Source: Selaginella moellendorffii
Taxonomy: Eukaryota; Plantae; Lycopodiophyta
Assembly (NCBI RefSeq): GCF_000143415.4
Contig: NW_003314297.1
Span: 1,291,388 to 1,355,387, forward strand
Direction: 5' to 3'
DNA length: 64,000 nt
Position numbers and translations under genes: made by a program. Shown here piece by piece: positions 34,673 to 46,849 of this stretch (its first letter is position 1; every line of letters starts with the position of its first letter). Under the pieces are notes generated by a model. The model saw only the letters and a list, made by a program, of their open reading frames with translations, had not been told where the DNA came from and did no database searches.

Positions 34673-37119
34673 ATGGATGACGCATTAGAGGCAATTAACA
34701 AGTGGGTAGATCAGGGCTATATTGTAGATGAGAAGAAGATCATGGCGCTGACAATGTATCTCACAGAAGGCCCTGGTAAGCTCCAGCCACAGGAGTACTG
34801 CACTGAGCAGCCAAAGCCAACCTTGATGGCATCTGCAGCTGAATGGTGGAAACAGAATCGAGCGGAGTGGAAGCAGCAGAAATTGGAGTTTGAGAAAGAG
34901 TTTCAGAGAAGGAAATTGGAGTTTGAGAAAGAGTTTCAGAGAAGGAAATTGGAGTTCGAGAAAGAGTTTCAGAGAAGGAAATTGGAGTTTGAGAAAGAGT
35001 TATTGGAGTTAAAGAAAGGGAAATTGGAGTTTGAGAAAGAGTTTCAGAGAAGGAAATTGGAGTTTGAGAAAGAGTTATTGGAGTTAAAGAAAGGGAAATT
35101 CGAGTTGGAGTTGGATAAGAAAAGAATGGAAAAAGAAGAAGAGGAGAGGAGGAGGATAGAAACAGTCATAAAAAATGCTCATACCATTTCCGACATGGAG
35201 AAGTTCTCTGACAGTGAAGCTGCTGACTTCAACAAGCTTGTGCTGGATAAGTGGAATCCTTTGCATCAACTCCTGCGTGGCAATACTGATTTGCATGCAA
35301 TACGGTGGAGATCATTTCTGCCCAAGCAGCTCGGTATGTTTGTTTGTTTATTTTTTGTTTTGTTTAAAACTTTGTCTCCATAGTTGCATCAGAGTTCCAT
35401 AGGAGCCAAACCACGTTTGGAGGTCGATATGTGCTCGACAAACTCAACCAAGAGGGAATCCAAAAAGGCTGGGACCAGATCAAAAGAGATGTTTGTGCAG
35501 ACTATAAGGGAAGAGGCTTTGAACATTTACAAGTTTCATATCTGGAAGCTACGGAGCCTGATCAGCTTGGTACTGTTTTCTATTCTTCTTTCTTCTTTGC
35601 TACAAATCCTTGTCCTTGAATGCAGGGAAGAGCATGTATGCCTGTGATGAGACTTACGCAAAGGTCAGAGTCAAACACTACGCTGCCTATGGCGTTTGTT
35701 TTGCAGCGCTGTTGGAAAGTATCTTTCGGGTCCTTGACAAAGACAAAGGTCTGCCTACAATTTCGTTGAAGGTTCTGGCCCCAGTTCACACATCAAACGG
35801 GAAGCTAGAGGTTGAAGTCGAAAGGTCGAGTTTGAGGTGCAAGTTCCTAATAGAGATGAAGAATCTGAAGCGGCAGGGTGATGACATTCAGGAGGAGACC
35901 AGGGCGAAGAAAAACAGGGTGTTGTTGTCTGACCAGAAAAGCAACGAAAGTGAGGAGAACAAAACCATAAGCAAGAAAAAGCAACCTATTGTTCTCAGCG
36001 ACAATAATCAGAGTGAGCCTCTGCAAAAGGCTCGAGGCCAAATTGGCGAAGTTCACGTGGAAAGGCAATTTCAACAGGTTCAGAGCGGGTTTGTCAACGG
36101 CGTGCATGTTACAATCGTCCGCCGAACTTACTCCACCAAATCCGAAGATCATTTCAACGCCAGCCGGGTACTGAAAATCTTGGAGAGTAGCGACATAAAG
36201 ATAGGAGAGGCCAGGAGTTTAGATATGGATTCAAGGGGCGTCGATCAAGTCCTCAAAGAGCTAGTTATTGCTCTGATTAAAGCCGGGTTCCTGCCACAGA
36301 GTCTGCTTCAATGTGATGTTAGTGGTGCTGCAGGGTTGAGAGCAGAGAGAATGGAAGTAAGTGTTGATGAAGAACAGCTAGTTCAGCCGGTTAAGGCTGA
36401 GGTAGCTGAGGTAGAGCACCGGTATCTATTCCCCGTGACAATCCATGGATCGGGATTGAAAGCCTGGATTAAAGCAGCAACAGTAGGTGACCGGTACAAG
36501 CAGGTTCAGCGAGAGCTTTTAATTCGTCAGTATCTGTGTCCAGAGGACTCTGTGAAGGCGAGGGCAGTAGTCTGGAGGGGGGTTCCGGCGTTACTCTTGG
36601 AAGATGCGGGACAGAAAATCAACACAGACAGGATGACGCCTGAGGACGTTTTCAATATGACAAAGGCCATTTATATGGTACTTTCTCATGTGTATGGTGA
36701 GCATGGGATTTTGCACAATGATGTTGCACCCCGCAACATCTGCCAAGACGAAAAGGGATGTTACCGACTTATTGACTGGGGATTAGCAAGCCGGCTTCCT
36801 GATATTGATCATCCCACAAATATACCTGATTGGCTTTATTCAGGTACTTAACTTTTTTTCTCGAGTTCGGTAACTGATTGTTCTGTATGCAGGTTCTTGC
36901 TTTTTCTCTGGAAGTCAAACTCCAAGAATCCATTCTGATTTAGAAAGCTTGGTGTACGTGGCACTTGACTGTCTCCATGTACCGTTGCCATGGGTAAATG
37001 CAGCCAATGGTTCTGATGTTATTAAGATCCGCAAAAGATTCCGGAGCAACTTGAATTCCTCAGTGTTGAACGCTTTATATCGACCACTGCTCAAAGCATG
37101 GTTAGAATTGGAGATCTGA
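34673..37119 (+). CDS. Coiled-coil + degenerate PD-(D/E)xK nuclease-fold + atypical (FunK1/CK1-like) protein kinase, copy 1
   Basis: Introns 35334-35383, ~35570-35625 and 36844-36892 give one frame. Kinase motifs AWIK, RE, LLLEDAG, ILHNDVAPRNI, LIDWGLA, SDLESLVY, LPW; FLIEMK and ARGQ upstream. Confidence 0.8.
34879..35110 (+). repeat. Coding tandem repeat, 33/42-bp units (KLEFEKEFQRR / KLEFEKELLELKKG)
   Basis: aaattggagtttgagaaagag repeated six times. Confidence 0.95.
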
Positions 37120-37374
37120 ATACTGCATGATTATAATAAAAACGTGATGCTATTTCAAGTCAGTCTTTGTTACTCACACAAAAACATGTTTACGCTATGC
37201 AAAAGCTTCGGTTGTAGTTCTATTTACGGTTGCTACTTATTTATCTTATTTGTAAAAATAAAACATTTAAAGTGCTGGAACTTTCCAACTCTTTATATAT
37301 TTATGGAATCAGTTTATCTTTTATATGTTAAGAACTACCAAATGCATGAGTTAGTTGATTCTGATTCAAAGTTC

Positions 37375-39130
37375 AATCTCGGACCGGGTTTGAGATTGAG
37401 TCCGAGACTAACTCTGAGACCGAGTTCGAGATAGAGTCCAGAATCGAGCCTGAGGCCAATTCGGAGACTGAGTTTGAGATTGAGTTCGAGACCTGAGATC
37501 GGGTCCGAGACCAAGTCTGAGATCAAGTCTGAAGTCGAGTCCGAGATCGGGTCCGAGATCAAGTCCGAGATCGAGTCCGAGACCAAGTCCGAAGTCAGGT
37601 CCGAGATTGAGTCCAAGATCGAGTCCGAGACTGAGTCCAAGTACTAATACAGGTCAAGGGTTGACAGCCCAAAGTGTGCGTCTCCTTCCAAAAGTATAGT
37701 AGAGATAGTGAGGTCTAGGAACCAATCTTGAAGGAACTCTCTAATGGTGCTTCCAAACTGACTTGAGGTTGAGACTGGGGCCGAGGAGCCTTGGGTGGGA
37801 GTGAGCATGGACTCGGGTGGTGCTGGAGGGGCCACCCAAGGAAGTGCTCAAGAGCAGCTCCCACTCCTGAAAGGGAAACCGACTGCAGTGCTCCTGGCTC
37901 ATATGGAGTGGTGCCTCAGTTGAGTACCTCGTGGCTCATTGGTCCTCGCCCTTCCTAGGGGCTTGGGCCTTCCCTTCGGGATAGAAGTGGGGGGTAAAGG
38001 TACCCATACCGGGCCGTTAGGCCACAATGTTTCGCCCCGATGTCCCAAAGCAAATGTTGCACCCAAGACTTGGGATTTAGAGGGTCCTATGATCAAGTCT
38101 TGTGGTACCAAAGGATGATAGGAACCTGGAGGCTTGGTGTGCTTGGCTGCTTGTGCCTACGGGGAGTGTAGCCAAACCTTAAGTCCAGTCTAACTCGGGG
38201 AGGGGGATTGGGAGAGTTTTGGGAATCCATGGATGGATGGCTAACACTCCGTTGCTCATGCAGTGAGTAGTTGAAACCAAGTAGGACCAAGTAGGAGCTG
38301 GTACCATAGGCTAGAACCTTGGCGAGGGAACTTAGCTAAAGCCAAGGCAGTGTTGGTCAGATAGACGAGGTAAGTTGGCAAATTGGAAAGAAAAAATTTG
38401 TGGCTTACAATTTGGTATCGGAGCCTTCTCCTTAGTTTTAACGAAGGATAGAGGCGGATTGCTAGGAGATGGCAAAGGCAGGGCGTAAACGAACCAAGGC
38501 AGAGACGGAACCTCCGCCAAAGCTGGAGCCTTTGGTCGAACAAGAGGCTATGGATGAGGTATCCTTGCACAAGGAGGACTCCAATGAGGAAACTTCCAAA
38601 CAGGAGTCTGGTGGCAAGGTTCGGTCGTCCAAGGCTCGATTGGATGTTCTAGAAGGACAGTTGACACAAACCAATGCCCTGCTGGAGACTCTTGTACGCA
38701 AGCTAAAGCGTGATGAGAAGCGGAAGAAAAAGTGAAAGACTATAAATGCTGGCAACGCAGAAGGTGCAGACCCTTCGATAGGGATTGAGGCAGAACCAAA
38801 CAAGGTCAAACAGACCGAAGTGGAATCAGTCCCTCAAGTAGTTCCCAAGTACAAACTAAAACCCCCACCGATCTTCAAGGGAGTGAATAACTATAAGGTG
38901 GTGGAGGATTGGTTTTACGATATGGAGAACTACTTCCGAGCGTTGCGGTTACCAAGCTTGGAGAAGGTCCCATTTGCAAAACCATACTTGGCAGATAATG
39001 CCAAGTTTTGGTGGAGAACAACAGAGGCCAATGAAGGACCGGTGGCCACTTGGGAAATGATAAAAGCGAGAATCTGTGTAACATATGTTCCTCCGAATGC
39101 TACTCTGCACCTAAGGGATGAGCTGAGTGT
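37375..39130 (+). mobile_element. Truncated Ty3/gypsy retrotransposon: partial LTR, PBS, gag
   Basis: Hexamer array 37380-37640; LTR ends ggcttaca at 38409; PBS TGGTATCGGAGC at 38413-38424 (tRNA-iMet type); gag 38469-39130 with an in-frame stop, PPIFKG...VEDWFYDMENYF...EKVPFAKPYLADNAKFWWR. Confidence 0.85.
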
Positions 39131-39169
39131 GAGTGACAAATTTTTCCATTTTACTTTAGTCACTTAACC

Positions 39170-41073
39170 CCATTTCCGACATGGAGAAGTTCTCTGACAG
39201 TGAAGCTGTTGACTTCAACAAGCTTGTACTGGATAAGTGGAGTCCTTTGCATCAACTCCTGCGTGGCAATACTGATTTGCATGCAATACGGTGGAGATCG
39301 TTTCTGCCCAGGCCGCTTGGTATGTTTATTTGTTTATTGTTTGTTTTGTTTAAAACGTTGTCTCCACACTTGCATCAGAGTTCCATGGAGCCAAACCATG
39401 TTTGGGGGTAGATATGTGCTTGACACACTCAACCAAGAGGGAATCAAAGGCTGGGACCGGATCAGAAAAGATGTTTGTGCAGACTATAAGGGAAGAGGCT
39501 TTGAACATTTACAAGTTTCATATGTGGAAGGAACGGAGCCTGACCAGCTTGGCGTTCCTTTAGGTACTGTTTTCTAATCTTTCTTCTTTGCTACAAATCC
39601 TTGTCCTTGAATGCAGGGAAGAGCATGTATGCCTGTGATGAGGCTCAGGCAAATGTCAGAGTCAAACACTACGCTGCCTGTGGCCTTTGTTTTGCAGTGC
39701 TGTTGTAAAGTATTTTTCAGGTCCTTGACAAAGATAAAGCTCTGCCTACAATTTCGGTGAAGGTTCTGGTCCCAGTTCAGACATCAAACGGGAAGCGAAT
39801 TCCGGACATACAGGTTGAAGTTGAAAGGTCGAGTTCGAGGTGCAGGTTTTTAATAGAGCTGAAGAGTCTGAACCAGAAGGGTGATGACATTCAGGAGGAG
39901 ACCAGGGCGAAGAGAAGCAGGGTGCCGTCGTCTGATCAGAAAAGCGACGAAAGTGAGGAGAACAACAGCATGAGCAAGAAAAAGCAGCGTATTGTTCTCA
40001 GCGACGATAGTCGGGAGCTTCTACAAATGGCTCGAGGCCAAATTGGTGAAATTCACATGGCAAGGCAGTCTCAACACAGGGTTCAGAGCGGGTTTATACC
40101 CAACGGCGTGCATGTTATAATCGTCCGGACTGACTCCACCAAATCCGAAGATCATTTCAAAGCCAGCCGGGTACTGAAAATCGTGGAGGGTAGCGACATA
40201 AAGATAGGAGAGGCCAGGAGTTTAGATATGGATTCAAGGGGGGTCGATCAAGTCCTGAAAGAGGTAGTTATTGCTCTGATCAAAGCCGGGTTCCTGCCAC
40301 AGAGTCTCCTTCAAGGTGATGCCAGTGGTGCTGCCGGGTTGAGAACAGAGAGAATGGAAGTAAGTGTTAATGAAGAGCAGCTAGTTCAACCGGTTAAGGC
40401 TGAGGCAGCTGAGAAAGAGCACCCGTATCTATTCCCCGTGACAATCCATGGATCGGGATTGAAAGCCTGGATTAAAGCGGCAACAGTAGGTGACCGGTAC
40501 AAGCAGGTTCAGCGAGAGCTTTTAATTCGTCAGTATCTGTGTCCAGAGGACTCTGTGAAGGCGAGGGCAGTAGTCTGGAGGGGGGTTCCTGCGTTACTCT
40601 TGGAAGATGCGGGACAGAAAATCAACACAGACACAATGACGCCTGAAGACGTTTTCCATATGACAAAGGCCATTTATATGGTACTTTCTCATGTTTATGG
40701 TGAGCATGGGATTTCGCACAACGATGTTGCACCCTGCAACATCTGCCAGGACGAAAAGGGACGTTACCGACTTATTGACTGGGGATTAGCCAGCCGGCTG
40801 CCTGATATTGATCATCCCACCAATGTACCTGATTGGCTTTATTCAGGTACTTGCTTTTTTTCTAGAAGTCAAACTCCAGGAATCCATTCCGATTTAGAAA
40901 GCCTGGTGTATGTGGCACTTGACTGTCTTCATGTACCATTGCCATGGGTAAATGCAGCCAGTGGTTCCGATGTTATTAAAATCCGCAGAAGATTTCGAAG
41001 CAGCTTGAACTCCCCAGTGTTGAAGATCTTGTATGTACCACTGCTCAAAGCATGGTTAGAGCTGGAGATCTGA
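39170..41073 (+). pseudogene. Nuclease-kinase gene copy 2: N-terminus lost, 5' frameshift and stop, open 438-codon nuclease+kinase part
   Basis: Paralogous to 35184-37119. Acceptor changed tag>cac, 1-bp deletion, TAA at 39706-39708; GKRIPDIQVEV...FLIELK intact; ISHNDVAPCNI. Confidence 0.8.
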
Positions 41074-42467
41074 ATACCCTATGATTATAACAAAAACGTC
41101 TTAATTTGAATACTCACCCTTCCACAAAGATGTGTTTCAACCCTGAACTCATGGTTGCAGCTCTTCTGATGGCTGGTAAATAGTAGTAGTCCAAACTTTC
41201 ATCTCAGTTCTTGAATATCAAAATGCTTGTTTAAATATTATAAGAACTAATTAAAGCCTAACTAAAATGATTATCATCTAATATTTAACATGTAGTGTGT
41301 AATTCTAGTTTACTTCTTTAAACATGTACTTTGCTTATTAGTGAGGAGGCACATAGTGCAGGGCAAGGTGATAGGGGGTTGGAAAGTTAGAAAGCCAGGC
41401 AAGATCATCTAGGTGTTAAAGACACTTTTTATGGTGAACCTATAAAGGAGCATGTTGATCTCCATGGTGCGAAAGTTGTTTTGATGTCATGAATTAAATG
41501 TGTCCAAGGATATTAGGAAGACCAAAATTACACTTGTAGATTAGCAAAACAATGTCCAAAGCAATCCACTAAAGGTAATTGTTGAAACTTGAAAACAAAT
41601 GCAAAAGTACAAGTACAGCCATGAGCTGAGAGTAGATTTATTCTCTAGCAACTTCAAGGCCTTTTAGAACTCTAGACTCAATTGAAAATCTTAGAATAAA
41701 TAAGTTAACTATCACTATATTCTATATTACTTTGCAGTAATCACTTTGTTTCTATATTGTAGTAGAGTATTTTATATGATAGAGCATTCCTAAATATGCT
41801 AGTTTTTTAAGCTCATAATTCATTTCAAATACCAACCATCCATCCTTATGAGCATAAAATTCTGAAGGACTCCAAGATACTTCAAGATATAAGGCAAATG
41901 ATCAGCCTAAAAGATCAACTATGAATAGATGCAATTCTTTAGTTCTCCTTTAAACTTCAATTGAAAAATTATGTATAATATACTTGATATTTGGATAGAG
42001 CTCAGTGCTTTGTTGGGATCATCACCCATTATGTCTATTGATAACATGTTGATTCTCACCATCACTTTGACCTTTTGAAAAGAAATATACAATATTAGTG
42101 AACAAAACTGAATAAAAAACAAACAATGGATACAAAGGTATTAAAAGTAATAGCACCTCAAGTATGAACCATACTATGGATTTGGAAGTAGCTTGTTTGC
42201 TATTATCCAATGGTGAAAATAATAACAATTTTCACTAGATTTCTAACAATGATAATCTTGAGGAAGAGCCAAATAACACTCTTTTGCTACACTTGCTTTG
42301 CATGATGTATAGCTATATACCTCTGGCACAACTTATTGATTGCAACAACATCTCATCATTGTTCCTGGAGTTGTAAAAGCTAATCATAGTAGTGTTGTAG
42401 TTGGTATTAATTTGTTAAAATATAAAGTGGAAAATTTAAAATTAGTGACATTGATATAACCTTTAAG

Positions 42468-42573
42468 AGAGGTCAACTATGAGTTGCTCTTTTCTTGCCA
42501 TGAGACCTTGAGCTTGTCAAATGTTGCTTTGAGCTTTTTAGTGACCAAAGCACTTTATTACCATTACACAAAA
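42468..42573 (-). pseudogene. Decayed IFT81 exon fragment, left flank of element B
   Basis: Aligns to 30887-30995 with C>T/G>A changes; continues at 45406. Confidence 0.8.
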
Positions 42574-43214
42574 TATGGCATGTTATTTATAAAATGGTGT
42601 TGCATGAAAAATACCATACTGTGCAATATTGCATTTGCCAAGTGGCAACATTTGATTGGTCTATCATAACCATATTTCTATTATAAACATCCAATGGGCA
42701 TCCAATGTGATCAGATTTCCATACATGTCTATTATGCACATCCCAGTACATGTCTACTCATCCTTTGATTAGTGTCTGGTGAGGCCTACTTGTTGTTGTG
42801 TAGGGCACTATGGTGGAGTCTAGATCCATGGGTATTGGTACTAAAAAATCTAGGGCAATAACAAGGTAATTTATATTTAAAATAGTTAGATGGTTTTATT
42901 TTCTTTTGATGACAGGATTTGTAAGGAGGTTTTGACATATAGCATACATAATGAAGCTTAAGAAACATGAGTAAATTTCTATTGTCAATTTCAAACTTCT
43001 TTATTATAGATAACGACATTTTTTTGCTTGAGATTTTCGTTAGGTCTCATAGAAGAGCAAGATGGTATAAGTGGACAGTCTATCCCATATGATTTAGACT
43101 CTTCTTGAACATTTGAGAGTGATAACAAAGAGCAATACACAGAGGTATATAATTTCATGTTTAGAGTAAATTATTAAATATATGATTATAAGAATTCTAA
43201 CATTCCTTGGTTTC

Positions 43215-43805
43215 TAGATGTTTTAGCAATCCAATTGCTTTTTATTTGTGGATGCATTTGTGAGACCAAGACAATGGATTACTTAGCATCATATTTACAG
43301 ATTTCAAATCTAACATTGTATAAATATATGAGGTTCATTGATGTAAATTGAAGAGTAAGATACCATCATTAGAGGTGTTTCATCATATCCTCACTAACAT
43401 TGCCATGAGTCACAGTGATACAGATTGTAAATGGCCACTCAAGTTGTCAATATTATTTTAGTCAATGTCAAATTTGCAAAGCTTTAGCTATACAAGACCT
43501 TATAAGGCTCACTTTAAACTTATTTCTGTCATGCTTTACTCTAGCAGCATAATGTAAACTAGTATCATATGGATTTTATGTCCATGCTATGATTTGTGGT
43601 GCTACACATAACATCATCTTTTACGAGTTATCAACTACAAAGCAGTAATATGTAATTTTTAACATTTATGCACATGTTGTTTATAAATTTTGCTATCCAA
43701 AATAGATTAGAAGCAATCACACACTAAAGGCCAACGATGTGGAGAGTAGAATATAGACCTCCCAAGCTTCACCTTTTATCAGTGGCACTTCAACACAAAA
43801 CCAAA
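43215..43805 (+). pseudogene. Integrase-like DDE transposase remnant, copy B
   Basis: KTMDYLASYLQISNLTLYKYMRFID, FHHILTNIAM, CKLVSYGFYVHAMICGATHNII, YPK*IRSN, FISGTSTQNQ; homologous to 4770-5530. Confidence 0.82.
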
Positions 43806-44384
43806 TACAAAATATCTACTCAAATCTTTTTAAATTTTAAATTTCTTATATATATATATACACACACACACATTTTATTTTTTTCACAGCATAATCAGAG
43901 CATTAAGAAATAAAGATATTGAACTCTTGCTTAGATCATTTCTATGCAGTGTTGAAGGTGTTACTTTGCCACAAGTATTTAGTTTTATCTTTTTTGTGAT
44001 GTTCCCTATGTTAAGAATTTCTTTGTTTTGAACAACACATAACAACAATCCAGAATCAAGCATTTTCACTCTATTATACTAGGCGAAATCTAGATGAATA
44101 ATACCTTTTACTCTTGAATTTATTAATATTATGTGCACTAGCAAATATAAAAAGACATCCCACTCATAGACTACATTGCAACAACACTATGTATGGCAAC
44201 TCTAGTCATTAGAAGAGCTCTTGAAAAGTTGCAAATGACCATTCTCCATCTAGCTTAGTTATGAATTCTTTAAAATTTATTTGTTCTTTAAGGTGTATTT
44301 TAATTTTAAGTAGTGGAATTCAAATGTTATCACCAACTATGTATTAATATTATTGATTCACAAATAAAATATAATAAAGCATAA

Positions 44385-44700
44385 TTATATTCCTAGATTG
44401 GGAGATTGGCAAGCATGAAGTATAGATTTGAGCAATGTGTTTAGAATCATATAGCAAATCATAGAAGGTAACAATCTTATCTGAAAAATATACATCCTAT
44501 AAACTAGTATGAGAGTTAAGTGGCCTTCACCACTTTTAACATACCTGAAAAGTATAGTGTTCCATGAAACATAGTCCCAAATACACGTATGAATGTTGTC
44601 CAAGCCCATGTATGTGTCCACAAAGCTTCTACATTTGGAATACATGTCAACTACACAGTTTGCGATATAAACATCTTATATAAACCTCCTTCAAGTGGCC
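44385..44700 (-). pseudogene. Decayed PPR fragment inside element B
   Basis: MYSKCRSFVDTY..LDNI....DYVSWNTILFRYVKSGEGHL. Confidence 0.65.
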
Positions 44701-45405
44701 TTGTAAATAATATGATTTACAAGAGGTATAACTATCTTCGAAACATAAACCTCTTTCAGGCAGCTTTATAAATAATATGATTTACAAGAGGTATAACTAT
44801 CTTCCAATCTCGATAAATTTCTGTCCTTCTTCTATACATAGCATATAGTGGGAAATTTTGGCCCATTCTTCCAAATAAAAATAATAATTAAGTATCTAAG
44901 CATTTTGAAATCTCAAATAGTTATATTAACTTCCCCATGAAACAATGGAATTCCATAAAATTTCTTGCACTGCTCTAGAATGAGCGTCCAATGTTATTGA
45001 TAGTTGAAATATATGAAGTTAATCACTTTATTTGAGCTCCTCAGCCCTTGCTAAATTGTAATAGTGCTCAAAAGCTTTAATCAATTGAAATTAGAAAAGG
45101 CACTAGGAATCAGGGAAAAAATTCAAGGCTTATAGTTAGAAATATTTTGAAACAATAAATGGGTCTAATTAAATGGTTATGGATGGATAAGGGGCCATTT
45201 ACATGGCCATGATCCCCACATAATGGCCATTAGATTCTAGGGAATATCCTTCAAAAATCTAATTCAATTTCATGCGTAATCAATTTCACATAAGGAATAT
45301 ACCGTTTCATATCCAATTTTATACGTAGATTATTCTACTAAATGCCCCATGGCTTGTTTTTAGTACAGTCTTTTTTCATGCCAACACCAGTTTACGAATA
45401 ACATA

Positions 45406-46643
45406 GTCTCCGTTGGGGGAGAGCTCGTTTCCGTTTTCTCAGAGATTTGAGCTCGTTGTTTGCTGATACAAGCTTTGCCTGTGTTGAAAGCACCTCCATT
45501 GCAACAAAGAAAAGGAACTCGCAAGATTTTGTCATCGTTGTAGTTGGGATCATTCAAAACTTTGTCGAGGGCGTCTGGTGTCGCTGTTTTTCTGCCAACT
45601 CCTGAAAAGAGCTTGCAAGAGACAGGGTAAATCAACAGGAATAGCGTAGCACTGATATTTCCTGAGCAATTCTTTCGCTCATGAGGGGAGGTGGTGTTCA
45701 CTAGGACCTGCATGTACTCGAGCTTGAGCAGTGCTTTCCCGTGCTTCCCTGCGCGGCATATTGTTCCAATCAATAGACCATTTTGAAAGGAACTTAGATC
45801 TCTACCTGACTCGGTAGCTAAAGCTCGCTTTGGTTCCTATACATCGTTTGCCAAGTTCATGGAGAAAGAGGACAAAGAAACCAGATGTGAACGACTTACT
45901 TGGAGCTTGGCTCGCAATTTGGAGACCTTTGTTGACATGTGTTCTTTCTCGGCTTCTAGTTTGTGGACGTTTTCTCGCAAAGAGACCACGTCTTTGTCCG
46001 TCTGCGCTTCCTGGAGGCTTTGCAGCCGGCAATAGTTGGCCTTGAAATGGTCCCTCAGAGCTCCGCATTGCACTTGCAAGATGTTGCAGCCCTCGTCCAA
46101 GAGAAGCTCTCCAGGAATCTCCACTTCACTTAGAAAGTGTGACAAGTATACGTGCTTCTTAAACACCACAATCTAGAAAACAATAGCCAAGCAGCCATCA
46201 GTAAAGTATGAGAAAGGAAGAAAACAAAACTCACTTTGCACTACTGTTTAGATGAAAAATGACCTGAGGAAGCAGCCATGAGAGCAAAGGATAAATCACG
46301 TCTCTGCTCCCGGAAGATAGACCTTGACGAAATGATATCCTGCATTAGGGGAGCTATTGAATCCAAGCGAAAAGAGTAGAAAAAAATATTTCCTTCTTAT
46401 GCATCCATGTTGGGGAAATAATATGAGCGCAAGAGCTCCATCATGCAAGCAGTGGACGCCTCTAGCCCATTGCTCTCCAACCATTTCTACTGGAAGAAGA
46501 ATGAATCAATAGGCATTTAGATGGATGAGTTACCTGGCTGGGACTGATGTAGCTCAAAACGCGGACAAGTAGCTGCCGCAGCTGCTGGGCTCTTTTGGCT
46601 GCTCAAGAAAAGAAACAAAAAAAGAATAATCTAGCAGTGATTC
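45406..46643 (-). pseudogene. IFT81 5'-half duplicate, exon 1 deleted, internal deletions
   Basis: Matches 30995-32448; lacks the MADVQ exon. Confidence 0.88.
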
Positions 46644-46849
46644 GAGATGAGTATTTGCAAGAGCCCTAATTCCATAAAACTGGCGCCAAACGCTGTTTAA
46701 AGTTCTTTAGAAAGAGCTTATTGCAGAGATTGCGGCAAAATACTGTCTCCCCAGAAGATTAGTCCGCTAGATTGCACGCTTGTGTAGGCCATTTCTGGCT
46801 TTAATTCGAGAGAAACACTCGAGTACCTTGTTCTTTGTACCTCTTACAA

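Larger units (their letters stand above)
42574..45405 (+). mobile_element. Element B: TIR DNA transposon of the same integrase family, internally deleted, carrying a PPR fragment
   Basis: Left TIR TATGGCATGTTATTTATAAAATGGTGTTGCATGAAAAATACCATACT. Right TIR reverse complement ATGTTATTCGTAAACTGGTGTTGGCATGAAAAAAGACTGTACT. The element splits an IFT81 exon copy. Confidence 0.82.

Noticed and set aside
42581-45403. TGT...ACA (Ginger-like or solo LTR) boundaries for element B
   Set aside because: IFT81 homology stops at 42573, and TATGGCA precedes the TGT and matches element A, so the true end is TATGG.
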